This document shows positions 1 to 12,981 of a DNA stretch of 64,000 nucleotides, one piece after another (positions within the stretch are counted from its first letter, which is position 1; every line of letters starts with the position of its first letter). Made by a program: the position numbers and the translations under genes. The notes beneath the pieces were generated by a model that did no database searches, was not told the origin of the DNA, and saw only the letters and a list, made by a program, of their open reading frames with translations. The stretch is taken from positions 24,430,001 through 24,494,000 of the forward strand of contig NC_087245.1 of NCBI RefSeq assembly GCF_037042905.1, written 5' to 3'. The DNA comes from Lytechinus pictus (Eukaryota).

Positions 1-226
1 TTATGGCAAATTTCATATGCTTATTTGCATAATTAATTAATAAAAAATTTTTTTTTTTTTAATTTTGAAAATTTTACTATACACTCTTGTAGTTTAAATC
101 CGGCTCTCCGCACTTGCAAATTTTCGCGGCGATTACGCAATCAGCGGCCGAGATCTGAGGGGGGGTCAAATTGACCCCCCCCCCCCCCAGTATATACTGG
201 TCCGAAATAGCCCAGTTAAGATAGGG
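1..226. mobile_element. Right end of a piggyBac-type MITE (truncated by window edge)
   Basis: ends ...GATAGGG|CTAA; similar to the right part of the copy at 24076-24758, which starts TTAA|CCCTATC. Confidence 0.6.
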
Positions 227-720
227 CTAAGGTTGTCTATAAATGATTTGGTCTTTAAGGAATAAAAATTAGAAAAATAGGCTTATCTGAAAGAATATAT
301 GTACTTCTTCTTCTTTATACTGTCAAAATGTTAAGGTGTCAAGTTGGGATAAAAGACAAGATAAAAAGAGTTTCTGTGACACCCTATTTTGCAGACTGCC
401 TGAAAGTTTCACTGAGATTGCATAGCATGCACATCCCATGATTGAGTAAACCCCAAACTTTAAACCTTGATCTCTCCTTAATTTTTGAAGCTCTATGTGA
501 TATTCTTCTGCATTCAATCAAGCACTAGTATGGGTATTTAAATTGTTGATTAATTTTAACAAATCATATATAATTTCAAAGCTTGGGATGGCTTTTTTTT
601 TTCAAGCACAATAAAAATATCAAATTTCAGTTTGGGCAGCTTACTGTGGGTTTTGAGGTGGCAGGTCACATATACCGTACTTCAGTCATGTGTTCTGGGG
701 CCTATAACATAAATCTTTAA

Positions 721-1119
721 AGGAAACCAAAACCCAAGAAGAGAAACAATCTTATTGGAAAGAGTAAAATGAGAGGAACAATTTTAAGTTTTATTACAAT
801 CGGTTATAAAATAAGCAAGTTATGGACGTTTAAAAAGTCTTGTTGTACTTTCTGTGGGTATCCTTAAATTGGCAAACTTGCTTCAATTTGTGGACAACTC
901 TCCATTTGTTTTTTACACAAATTTTCAGATTTTCCTTATTATCTTTCAAATTGCATCTTGCCTCCTGAGCACAACAATTGTCATGAGAAAATATAATTCA
1001 CACCACATATGTCAAAGTCAGGAGGAGATAATGTGAAATTTTGATGAAACTTTTTAAATTGTTCCTCTCATTGTACTATTTCCAATAAGATTGCTTCTCT
1101 TCTTGGGTTTTGGTTTCCT
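721..1119. mobile_element. TTAA-flanked MITE (Kolobok-like, AG...CT termini)
   Basis: about 45-bp near-perfect TIR AGGAAACCAAAACCCAAGAAGAGAA..., TTAA on both sides; nested in a small fold-back (~697-1224). Confidence 0.85.
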
Positions 1120-3106
1120 TTAATAGTAATGGATCATGGGTCTGATTTTTAGATAATCGATCAATGCAATCAATGAGATAAATTCGCCCTGTGATCCATT
1201 GCTAAGCTTTTATGTTGGTCCTGGTCGTCATTGTCAGCAGTGTTAGAATATGCTATGCTTCCGAACACAAGCAAAAAGGTGTATCTTGCAACTGAACTTG
1301 GAATTACCTATTTTTTTTTTCCATTATTCTGTTGAAGCTTGTTGATGTTAGATTCTAAGATGCCAATCTGCATATGTTACAAGGGCAAAGAGATGTTTAA
1401 AAAAAATAAAGCCCAAAATTTCTGCTTTGCCACATTCAACCACTTAGTTTTGGGAATTTTGATGCACCAAAGTATTCATAACACCACTTTTCACGTGCAA
1501 TGCTATATGAAAAGATAATCATATACATGTAGCTGTTTATCTCTAAGAGTGGAGTTGTGCTTGCAGATCAGTGTAATGTAAACTAAATCTTGTGGATATA
1601 CATGTATGCACTGTATTATTCTTTAAAATATCTCTGAATAGTTACTAGAGATCGGGCACTGTTTTTGTGTTGCTTCTCAGCACTGACAAGGTGTTGTTCT
1701 CTGACTAGAAACAGACAGATTCTCGGCAAATCAAAACCAAGGATTTCACTGAAAATTTCATGAGCAATCTGTACTGGCGCCAAGAAGGGATAGGAAAGAG
1801 GGAGGGGATCAAAGACAACATTTAATCCAAGATGTGTTATATCAACATTAGACATTATCCTTTGAATGTTTGGCTGATATTAATACCGTCAACCCATATC
1901 CATGGAATAAGGGTTTTTGCTATGATCTTATTTTTGATTATTTTTGTTTTCACATCAGCTTACTTGTTTCAAGGGTCTAATTTTCCATGAAAGCCACTTT
2001 AGTGTAGTTGTAGTAAAAAATAATTTCATAAGAAAATATTTTTAATCAAGACCTTGGGAATACCATATGATCTTAGATCCAGATGCACATCTAATGTACA
2101 AAAACTACCTTTGTGAAGTACAGCTCAGATCACTGAAAAGCTTGTAAACTGAAGATTGTCAACCCAGATTAGCCCCCCCCAAAAAAAAAAAAGAAGCTTT
2201 ATTTGCACAGACACCAAAAATCAGTTCACATCATTTTGAGATTGTTGCCAAAACTTATATATACTTTTGACCTCGTGCAGTCCTACAGTATAGGATCTTC
2301 AGAATGAGAGAATGTAATTCTAAAGTGCTAATTATTTTTAAGGTGTTAAATTACTTTAATGATAAGCCTCCATACTGCTTTATTCCGTTCTCTTAGACAG
2401 ACTATTAAGTGTGCAATGGTAAAAAGGGAAGGTGACGATCCCAGCCAGTATTTTGTTTCGTCGCCTTTATGCTTTTCTCATTTCTACTGAACATCCATTG
2501 TGAAATGTAGTTTTGAACATGCACGATGAGGTTTTATTTTACTCATTTTAAAGCAAGACCTAAGTTTTATTGTGTGCTTGAATTTGCTTTCATAAGTCTA
2601 TTAACAAGTGAAATAATGGTGTTTACGTAAACATGCCTTTTGTTATGTTTTTGTCCTGTTTTGTTTTTAAAGAGAAGGGGGCAGGTGCTATTGTTTTTGC
2701 ATTGAGCCTCTACAAATCAAGTTCAAAATTTTCCTGAATTATTTTTTAATTTGCTTCTTGATCAATTTTTTTTTCTTTCTTTATATATTACCCTCTATAT
2801 TCTATTAATGCATTCATTCATCAGTTTAAGTTATTTTTTTTTAATTTAATTTATTCATTCTTACACAATTCATTGTGTGGTATATTCATTTATCATGAAA
2901 AATGTATCTATTTTGGGGGTATGCAATCGTGTCATTAGTATCTACTTTCTCTGTCTTTACCTTGGATAATGCTTCTAACGTATCTTAAATGAATTTGGCA
3001 AACTATAAATATACATGTAGCTACTTGTAAGGATTGTATGGTATGCATTGTGTGATCATGTGACAATGTTTCCTCCAATCACATTACTGCATTCCAAAAA
3101 TGGCAG

Positions 3107-3187
3107 TAACCTCACTAACTCGATGCGACCACGGACGTGCAGCGAAGGTGGGGGTGGACACTCGACCGTGCCTCGTGGAAGATCAAG
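3107..3187 (+). CDS. IRS: IRS-like gene, probable (alternative?) exon NLTNSMRPRTCSEGGGGHSTVPRGRS
   Basis: ggcag|T ... AG|gtacct, 81 nt, phase 2-2, open frame, RPRTCSEG motif resembling IRS1 RVRASSDGE; splice signals are weak. Confidence 0.55.
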
Positions 3188-3494
3188 GTACCTAAGCTTA
3201 TTTTGCAAGCCCTATCGTCTGATAGCCTTTCAGTCTTTTTTTTGTGCTGGTTGTTTTCGTACAAGAATCAGATTTTTGGTTGCGTTGGTACTTGTAGACA
3301 GTGAAAAAAGATCAATGTTTTTTATGTATAACAAGCAACCTATTCTGCTTTTATTTCCTTGATGCTATTTGTAAGCCTCTGGCGGAAAGAATACAGCTTT
3401 AATAAAAACAGGGAACGCACTAATTAATACAATGTTCAAGGGTCGGGGGGAATGAATTTACAATTGATCACAATTCATTTGAATCGTTGATTAA

Positions 3495-4428
3495 GGACGT
3501 TCCACTGTTATGTTTGTGCGCATTATGATCTGCGCATAGTTTACACTCTGCGCGCTGACGTCACATTGGATGAACAGGTGATTAATTAGCTGCGGGTATG
3601 AGCTGATTTTCTCATCTTCTGCACTTTAACTGCAGATCCGATGCGTTATTTCATGAAGCTAAAAAAATGAATTATTCAATGGACCATTCAAAAAAATATT
3701 CTCTACAATTTCATTATACTTTACTCTGCAGTGCTGCTAAAAATCACGAATATCACCCCGAGTTTGAATAAATGGTAGAGTGGTTTTGATTTTTTCTTCA
3801 CATAGATACTAAGCATTCGGCACATTTTTGGTGTTTTAAAAAGCACATTTGCTCTAATAAAAATGATGATAGTTTAAAAACAAGCACATGAACCCCTATT
3901 TTTTAATGTTTGTACCTCTTAGGTATACCTTCCTTTACAACTCTGCAAATTTTGGTGAAAATGACATGGATTTTGAATAAAGTGCAGCATTTATTGAACG
4001 TTTGTGGTTTGTTGCTGAAAATATACATTTTTAGATTGGGATTTCGTTATCTTTTACGCCATTTTTAAGAACTGACAGTGCTGTTAAACTTAAAATTGCA
4101 AACAAATAGCACTATAAATAGATTCTCCATTCTAACGATACAATTATTAACTCTCTTGCGAAATTTGATGACTTTTTCATGTATTTTGACTGAGTAATAG
4201 AGGTTTAAACTCATTGTAGTAATCTTGGGCGGTCTAAAAATGCTAAATTCTTTTGAAATCGCAATTCTTAAGAACATCAATTTGGGTGAACTTTGAAGCT
4301 CTATAGTAAAAAATCAAGCACATGGACCTATGTTAATTTTTGCATATTTAGAATATTAAGGTTTTAAAGTATCTATGTGCAAATTTTGGTGAAAATGACA
4401 TGGATTTCACTTTAACTGTGGAACGTCC
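3495..4428. mobile_element. TTAA-flanked MITE (Kolobok-like)
   Basis: TIR GGACGTTCCAC / GTGGAACGTCC, TTAA TSD, internal direct duplication (~3870-3975 vs ~4300-4410); decayed copy at ~32422-32959. Confidence 0.85.
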
Positions 4429-5810
4429 TTAAATGGCAAATAAATGATATAAATAGTTTGGTTCTTTAAAAAAAGAAAAAAAAGGGAATATTCTAAATCC
4501 TCTTTCCATATTCATTTTGTTGGACAAGTACAAAATATAGGAGAGTTGCCCAATACAGCTTGAAGGGACAAAAGATTATTTCTAGAATAAATCTTAAAAT
4601 GAATGAACAATGATTTTTATGGTGGGCAAGATTATTCTTTCCAACAGGGACGTAGTTCAAATCTGCTTTTTGTTTTAATTAAACCAAAGCTGTTTACTTT
4701 CCCCAAAAAATTCCTTTCTATGCTTGTAGCAAGTAGAACATTTTCGTTGCATGCATATTTCAATGTTTTTAATTGGATAGTTTAGGGTTTTTCCCCAAAA
4801 TGATTCATGCAATGTTAGCTGTTTCTCTATACAGATTCAATTTTTTGCTGGTAATGTAGGTGTTATAATCCATATCAAAACCATCAAAACCAGTACAGTA
4901 TTTGGGTAGTACTCTGCTCCTTTTAATCAATTTTCTGTCTCCAAACCACATGACTTTTCAGGAACTTATAGAAAAAAAATAGTTCTTTTCTTCTTTCTTG
5001 CTCTAAGTATGATTTTATGTCCAATATGCCAGTAGATCACTTTCAGTCTGTTGTCAGACATTGAAGCTTGTAACAAGTTTAGGTCTTTGAATTCTGTATT
5101 TAATTCAAATAAAGTGCGCCGTGAAACACACGTTGTGTGAAAGATCTAGAATCTGATATACAGTGTACATGTCTGTACCTACTTAAAATTTGAAATATAA
5201 GTACTTAAAAAGCTTAAGGGTTGGAAAATTGAACATAATACATGTACATATAGCAATGCAGTGTGTGGGTACCAAGGCAACTTGTCAAGAGTGAGTGCTG
5301 CGTCAAAATCAGCTCTAAGGATGCGATGCATATTTTCATTTAATTGCACAACTTTCTTGCAGTCCCCATGGTGACTGATGATTTGCAATGAAAAGCTGCT
5401 TGCAGAATTCCTGCGGCAAGGACATGGCCTCTGACTTGACAAGGTGCTTAAATTTGATTGACAGTCAAATTCAAATAAATAAAGATAACAATCTATACTG
5501 GAATAATAGCTTGATATTCCACTACTATTCACATAGCTACCCCTTTACCAGAACTGTGGAATAGGATTTCAAGTTTCACACGGTGGACAATTTAATTTTA
5601 TTTCCAATTCATACAAATAAAACGCATAATAAAGAAAATATTTATTTCACATGAAATACCGCCCCCCCCCCCCCCCCCGCCCTTTTTCTAGATTTTTGAA
5701 TTTCACATAGTTCACAATTTTTTTAAACAATTCAGTTTGATATTTCTCCTTTTTTTGTGTAAAATACCAGCTGTAGTAATATTTTATCTGCCCCAAGTCT
5801 CATCTCTATA

Positions 5811-6207
5811 GGGCCGTCTGCACCAGCCCTAGTTTTTGAATTAGCGCGCTATGTGTGATCCGGCAAATTATCCCGAACTGAACAATCTCGAGATTATTTG
5901 TTATGGAGACTCAACTATCGTGCTAGTTCGCAGGATTAATCTCGAGATTGCAATCCCAAGTTAACTTGGGATTATTTGCAAAATAGCACGCTATTTTACG
6001 AATTATCCTGCTAATTTGTAGGTGCAGACACACTCAGGATTATTTATTCATGGCGTCACCATAATGCATCGATGCCTCGCTCGAGCAGGAATCGCTCTTT
6101 TTGCGATGGTGGAGATGGGGTTTCTTGAATCTTGAGATTAATCGCGCAGAGGGCCAATCGGGCTAAAATCTCGAGATTGAGCAAACTCGGGCTGGTGCAG
6201 CACTGCC
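5811..6207. mobile_element. MITE, possibly PIF/Harbinger-type
   Basis: imperfect TIR with core CTGCACCAGCCC / GGGCTGGTGCAG; repeated palindrome AATCTCGAGATT inside. Confidence 0.65.
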
Positions 6208-8209
6208 TAAATATATACACGTTCCCATGGATTGGGATTTTAAATGCTACTTTGTGTTACAGGGGGGGAAATAGTGCATGAATCGTTGTAGGAATAGCAA
6301 TCTGCTGTACGTGTAGAATAATAAAATAAAGAGTTTCCACATTGATAATAACGTCGGTGGTGGAAATTTTGGCAAAGTCTGTATATGCATGGAAAGAAAA
6401 AAAAGTGATTTTATTTATCTTTCTTTTATGTTTGAATATGATTGCCTTGATACTCGTGTGGCATGACATTTGTGCCATTGTGCATGTGTTTGAACATTTG
6501 CAGAACAAGAGTTCTGCTTTATTGAATTGTCAGTACAGGTGAGCCCCCTAGGGACATTCATATTTCACTTGTTTCATGCTGATGTACATCAAATAAGGTT
6601 AGCAACATGCAACATCATCTAAAGCTATGTGTGACAGTTATACATATTTCTTGGAAAATCAATTTCATTTCAATTTCTTTTGTAAGGTACATACAAAGCA
6701 AAACAGTTTTAGGGAACCTTACGAGCTACATGTATAACACAAAACTAAGTTTTTATTTGATTGATGGCAGAATTCATATTGGCTCAAATCTTTCCTTGAT
6801 TTTATTGTCTTTTTTCCTCTTGTGTTTACAAAACAAACTCGGCTTTGGAATAGTTAATGTATTGTTTTCTCCCATAGTTTTGTTTGTTAATGTTTCTTTT
6901 GTATTTTTGATGTTTCCTTCTTTATCATTGCATGTTTGTAGAACTTGTGAAATGGTGGGCATGATTTCTCTTTTCTGTTGATCACTTAGAGAATTATGTT
7001 CTTTGATTGTTTACGTGTATGTGTACAGGTAGCAGCCCTAATAAATCTTTTCTTGTTTATTTGTGCCCCCCCCCCCTTTTTTTTTTTGGGGGGGGGTGGG
7101 CCATTTCAGCCCATTATAAAGCTGTTTTATTTTTAGATGAATGTTTACATCGCATACATGTACATGTAGCTACATTATTTGTTCAGATATTGAATTCAGT
7201 GTAGAATTCTGGTTAACCTCAACATTAGGATTTATGTTCACTTGATGGTGGAAATGTATTTTCAGTGTGCATGGAAAACATCTTAGTGTAATATCGCTCT
7301 TATTCTCAGAATGTATATTTTTTCTTTATTGCCATTTTATTGTATAGTTACATATTATATTTTTCTTGTAACTTATGTTGTTTTCATAATTGAATCAATA
7401 TGAAAACTGATTTCCAGCTCTGTTTTACGGAGAAGGGGGGGAGGAAACCATAATTGGATTTCTATAATGAACTGATACAGTGTCAAAATGTGGAGAATAG
7501 GATGAAATTAACATATTGTTTGTTTATTTGTGTTGTTTGGTACATTGTTACAAATATTCTTTTGTTCTTGATTTTTGAGTAATTGTTCTTGCTTAACCAA
7601 ACTTGAGTCAAAATGCAATTTGACATATATAGAACACAACCATACAATTATAAAAGAGAAGTAACATTTCTGCTAGTAACAATCAAGCATTTGTTATTTC
7701 TAAAAGAAGGAAGAGATACAATGATTTGTATGTTGTAAATACGACTATAATCTTCCTCTGGATCTTGTACATGTAGATTTGGTATAAAACCCTTTGAACA
7801 GAATGTATTTCAGTAATCAGTTCAATTTCTGCCTATTGTACAAATGAAAGGGTTTCTTTTACTAGGAAGATGAAATTGTGAATTTTGCATAACTTGTTTT
7901 TATTTTCTTCAAATGTAGGGACTTAGGAATATCCAATAATTGAAATTTTGTAATATTTAGCATATTTGTCATTTTCGCATGGCTACAGTATGTATTCATT
8001 CATGATTTTCCATGTGGGCACTTTCGGGGCATTTTCTCTTTTTCATGTCCACATTGCATTAAATTTCAGTTTCAGATGTGTATACCTGTGTGATCGTAAG
8101 CCATTTTCATTGATATTGTGCAAATTACGGCAAGAAAACAAACACATCATGCTCATGACTATCAATCTCATTGTTGTATTTTATGTGTTCCATTATCATT
8201 TATCATCAG

Positions 8210-8284
8210 CCTCCTCAAATTTGGTAATAAGCTCCGCCCACGGACATCAAGCGAAGGGGAAAAGGGCATGAAAGCGCCTGATAG
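8210..8284 (+). CDS. IRS: IRS-like exon LLKFGNKLRPRTSSEGEKGMKAPD
   Basis: catcag|C ... AG|gtatgt, 75 nt, phase 2-2; RPRTSSEGEKGM resembles IRS1 RVRASSDGEGTM. Confidence 0.75.
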
Positions 8285-9326
8285 GTATGTATGTATATTA
8301 ATCAATGTCTGTACCATAAAGCTGTCATTTATCCCGTTTACTTTTACTTTATTTTTACTTTTTGTCATTTTTTTTGGTCATATTCATTGTTGTTAAGTGC
8401 TTCGGGCATGATAATGGAGAGGCGCTATAAAAATATTTAATGTAGGTATGTATGTATTTATGTTTGTATGTTTACAAATTGTGGGTGGCCAAATGATAGA
8501 CGGAAGTCAAAGGAGCCCAAGAGTTTGTTTCCGGAAATTTGTGAGAATTTAATGGCATTCTTGATGGCCATTTAATCTGTTATAAGAAAACATTTTCATT
8601 GCCATTGCAGGAAAAGAAGCAAGAGAAGAACACACTCTTTTATATCTCTTAATCTTAATATAAGCCTGTATTACATATTGCATTGGAAGCCACTGCAAGG
8701 AAATAGCTGCTGATTTTCTCAAAGGAGTTTTAAGAAAACATAAAACACACTTGAGCATCCAATGTTTGCTCGTTATCCTTTCAAACTGAAAAAAATTTAC
8801 GTCAAGGAAGTTACTACTCATATCATAAGCAAGAATAATGGGTTTTTGATAGCACAAAAGAAAACTTGGATTAGGCTACGTGACTTACATGTATGTTGCA
8901 TCTGGAAGAGTATTCGTATCGGAATTTATCTTTTAGCAAATTTTCATTTTTAGCTTTTAAGAATTTTGACACATATATATTTCTGAAGATGCAGGTCAAG
9001 TTGAAAATTGGTCAAATTTGAGAAAGATCATAATTCTTAATCCATTCATGAAATTTCCTTACTTATATAATGAGAGGGTAGGTAAAGTTAGAATGTTTGA
9101 AATGGTTTTTACTAAAAAAAGATTACAAGGTTAAATCTTCCCAAAACAATTTCCCCCTTCTGCGTCCCACTGAGAGATACATGTATACAGGTGCCAGATT
9201 ATTAACATTAATGGGATTCTAATGTGATAATGAACTTTGAACTTCACTGAGTTTGTGGCACTGAATTTATTGATGTAGACTGTATCCCTGTGGCATTATG
9301 AGTAATAGGGGAACAGTGCTCTTTTA

Positions 9327-9916
9327 AGGTCAAGTCCACCTCAGAAAAATGTTGATTTGAATAAATAGAGAAAAATGAAACTGCAAAACGCTGAAGATTT
9401 CATCAAAATCGGATGTAAACTGAGAAAGTTATGACATTTTAAAGTTTTCCTTATTTTTCACAAAACAGTGATATGCACAACTTAAATGAGACAGTCGATT
9501 ATGTCCCTCACTCACTATTTCTTTTGTGTTTTATTGTTTGAATTATACAATATTTCATTTTTTTTTTATTTGACAAAAATGACCAACTTGCCTGCATCAT
9601 ACATGTATAGCATTAAACAATACTCATTCCACATGTTCAGGGAGGAATTAATCGTTCTTTCACTTGACAATGGGGAGAAAATTATAATATTTCATATTTC
9701 ATATGATAAAATACAAAAGAAATAGTGAGTGGATGACGTCATCAGTCTCATTTGCATAGCGAACAGGATGTGCATATAACTGTTTTATGAAATTAAATGA
9801 AACTTTAAAATGTCATAACTTTCTTATTTTACATCCGATTTTGATGAAGTTTTCAGCGTTATTCATGTTTGATTTTTCTCTATTCAAATCAACCTTTTCT
9901 GGGGTGGACTTGACCT
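9327..9916. mobile_element. Kolobok-like MITE family AGGTCAAGTCCACC, copy 1
   Basis: TIR AGGTCAAGTCCACC / GGTGGACTTGACCT, TTTA/TTAA flanks, long internal inverted symmetry. Confidence 0.85.
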
Positions 9917-11828
9917 TTAATAAAGCTATGGAGAATGTGAACTTTTTTATACTCTTAAAAACACATTTTCCAAGGAGCAGTGAGTTCGGGTTTCATCTGT
10001 ACATGTTGCTGTGACTTTCAATCGTCTTCTTATAGTTCAGCTCCTTTTTTCTCCTCATCTTTCTTTTTTCATATTCCTTTCCCTTTAATACCTTCTCCTG
10101 TCGCAATTTTCTTTCTCTTTGTCTTATTTGTTTTCTTATGTGTAAAGTTTTTTTTTTCTTCTATTTTATCTGTGACACAACATATGCTCCTGCGACATTT
10201 GCTCCTGTGCAATGTCTTAGAGGGCATAGGATTAGAGTAAGAATTGTAATAAGAGTTTTTAGTTCAGAATATTGTAAAGATTGGGATTATGGTTTATTTA
10301 GTTTTGGAGGTAAGGTTTGATGTTTGGCTTAACGTGCAGATTTTCCATTGGAGCAATTGTCACCGAATCACATGTCATGGGACCATTTTATCATTATCCT
10401 CCTTCATCACACCCTCCTTATTCTTGTCTTCTTCCCCCCCCCCCCTTCTGCTCTTTCTTCATTAAGGAGGTAACTCCTAGGTTACACTACATGCCATAAT
10501 TGTCCAATGCAATCCAGTAGCCGAACCTTCAGAGTTTTCATCATCTCTGTGTACTGTATCCATCATATGTTTATCTATGTCCCTCTGCTCATGTCGTTTC
10601 CTTTGCCAGATCAACGCCTGTTTGAGTAGCTCATTGTCTTACCTCCTCCAAATTCATTGCCAATCCATCTCAAAATCCGGCTTCCCCTAGTTCCTTCTAA
10701 CCCCAATCTTCCAATCGGTCTATTTGTATTATTTTACTCCAGCACCTGTACATCACTCATTTTCCTCATTTCTACAGTGACCTTGTGAGAAGATATTAGA
10801 ATGTCATCATAAGTGAAAGTGTATAGACGGTAGCAAAGTTATTTAATCTGTGGTAAAGGTTAAAATGTGATGGCTGATTGGCGAAAGACGTCATATTTTT
10901 TTCACAAACGTCCTGTTTTGTGACAGGACCCTATTAGCAGATTGCTATAATCTCATCATTAGTAAATGTTAATAGCTGTTATAGCATTCAGCAAAGGTTG
11001 CTGCCTTGATATTGTAGGTGTCAAACATCCTACATGTATCTTAGGCTCTAATATAGCGACACTCGGCCATGGCTTCTTAATAGGAACTTCACCCAGCGTC
11101 TTTTCACTTCTCATACTACTTTTTTTTTTTGGGGGGGGGGGGTGCCAGACGAATTGGGGATGCATGAAAGCCACATCTATGGTTTTAATATACAAGTATA
11201 CAGGGTTTTACAGCAGCTTTTCATGCTTCCTCTGATCTGTTTGATGATGTGTAATTGGAAGATGATAATAATAATACCAACATGCTTTATTATATAGTGC
11301 ATATTACATGTATCACTGCCAAATGTGAAAAAGCAAGGTAAAGATAGAAAATCAGAGTTGAAAAGGTGCTGAGTGGAGCTTGTACCAAATAGCATGGCTA
11401 AATAACAGGTTGCTTTATTACAGAGAGTCACTGTCAGAATAGATCTCCATGTACGCGCCTGTATTCCTAGCCTCAAATTGGGTAAGGAAAAAGAGTGTTA
11501 TGGGTGAAATACTGAAGCATCCCTCGTCCACTGCTTTCACGTCACTTCAACCGTTTACAAAAACAGCACATTACTTTTTTCCCAGTACAACTGTAGTGTA
11601 AAAATCATTGCCTGCCTGACAGAAGGACAGTAGGATTCATGCGTACATCGATTTCCATTACTGTGTGCCTGGCATAAGGGTGTTAACTCTTGTTTGCATT
11701 GTACATTCCAGGTATGCACTTAACCTAACAAACTGTATTACTGTGGCTTGTTATTTGTGACAAAGATAAAAAATGCTAACCCCTTTTTTTGTGTCTCACC
11801 ATCTTTTCCCTCTTTCTATTACCAATAG

Positions 11829-11975
11829 TCCGACAAAGACCAGGGGGCGATTCTCCATTCCTTCATTGACATCTAGGAGTAGTCTTAGCAGTGGTCCCAT
11901 CAGACCCCTTAGCGTACATCGGATGGTAGCCCAGCCTATGTCGAACTCGCCACCAATACCCAATAGTCCTCTTAG
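11829..11975 (+). CDS. IRS: IRS-like Ser/Pro-rich exon PTKTRGRFSIPS...PIPNSPL
   Basis: pyrimidine tract + caatag|T ... AG|gtaggt, 147 nt, phase 2-2, open frame compatible with flanking exons. Confidence 0.75.
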
Positions 11976-12981
11976 GTAGGTAAAGGTCAAAAGGATAGTG
12001 ACAGATTATAAGTGAATGTATTTTAGAGTATTTAAAAAAAAATATGTCTTGAATACAGTATTTACAGCAAATTTTGCATAAGTTGATTCGCCTTCGTAAA
12101 GAATCAAGAAATATTTGGAAATTCTTTCTATTGATTATCTTGATCAGAATACAAAGTATCCCGTCTTGTATTGCATGTTGCTAAAGCCTGTCCAATCCTT
12201 TTACCTAATAGGTTTAATACTGCGAATTATTTTGAACTGTCTTTTTTTTTGTAGAGACCATTATTAAACATTTTATTGATTGATCCTTTTATGAAAATTG
12301 ATTTTGCTTTTTGTAAGATATAGTGGCCTCTTTGGTAATGTGTATTGTTCTACATAACGACCATTTTAATGCTTATCGTACAAATTTAGTGACTGAAAAT
12401 CTGAAAAGCTACAATAAGAGATATATGTGATTAAATTTCAAAAAACATTTTTAAAATTCATTGATAAAGTACAAATGAATATGCTACTGTACCTCAGATT
12501 TTATCCTGAAGGTTTCACCACATTCCATGTTTGAAAAGTGTTTCTGAACCAGAAAGAACAAAAACATATGCTTATCATGAGTGTGAATTTTCTTGGGGAC
12601 CCAACTTTTTTTAATTTAGACAAAAAAAATACAATATAAAACTATTATGGTGCAATTGTTCTGAATATTACATACATGTAAGCGGGCAAGTTGAGAGATT
12701 CTATTCAACAACGTGAAGCAGAGTTGAAAAGTCTGCTTCAACTTGCACTGAATGTACATTTAATCTACAACTGGTTGCACGAATAATAAAACATTGAATA
12801 TTTGTTACATACAACACACGATTTGTAAAAGATGCTGATTTGGAATCCTTAGCACTGTAATACTGTAATTTAGGGATGCGGTTTTACCGAAAATATCAGA
12901 TCTTGTATCATATCATACACCATCAGTTTTCTCATAGGTGCTTTCATGTCATAGGAAAATAGATTAGAATTCTTGATATAT

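Noticed and set aside
2397..2447. Possible extra 51-nt phase 2-2 exon (QTIKCAMVKREGDDPS)
   Set aside because: Good acceptor but weak donor and no recognisable IRS motif; cannot support
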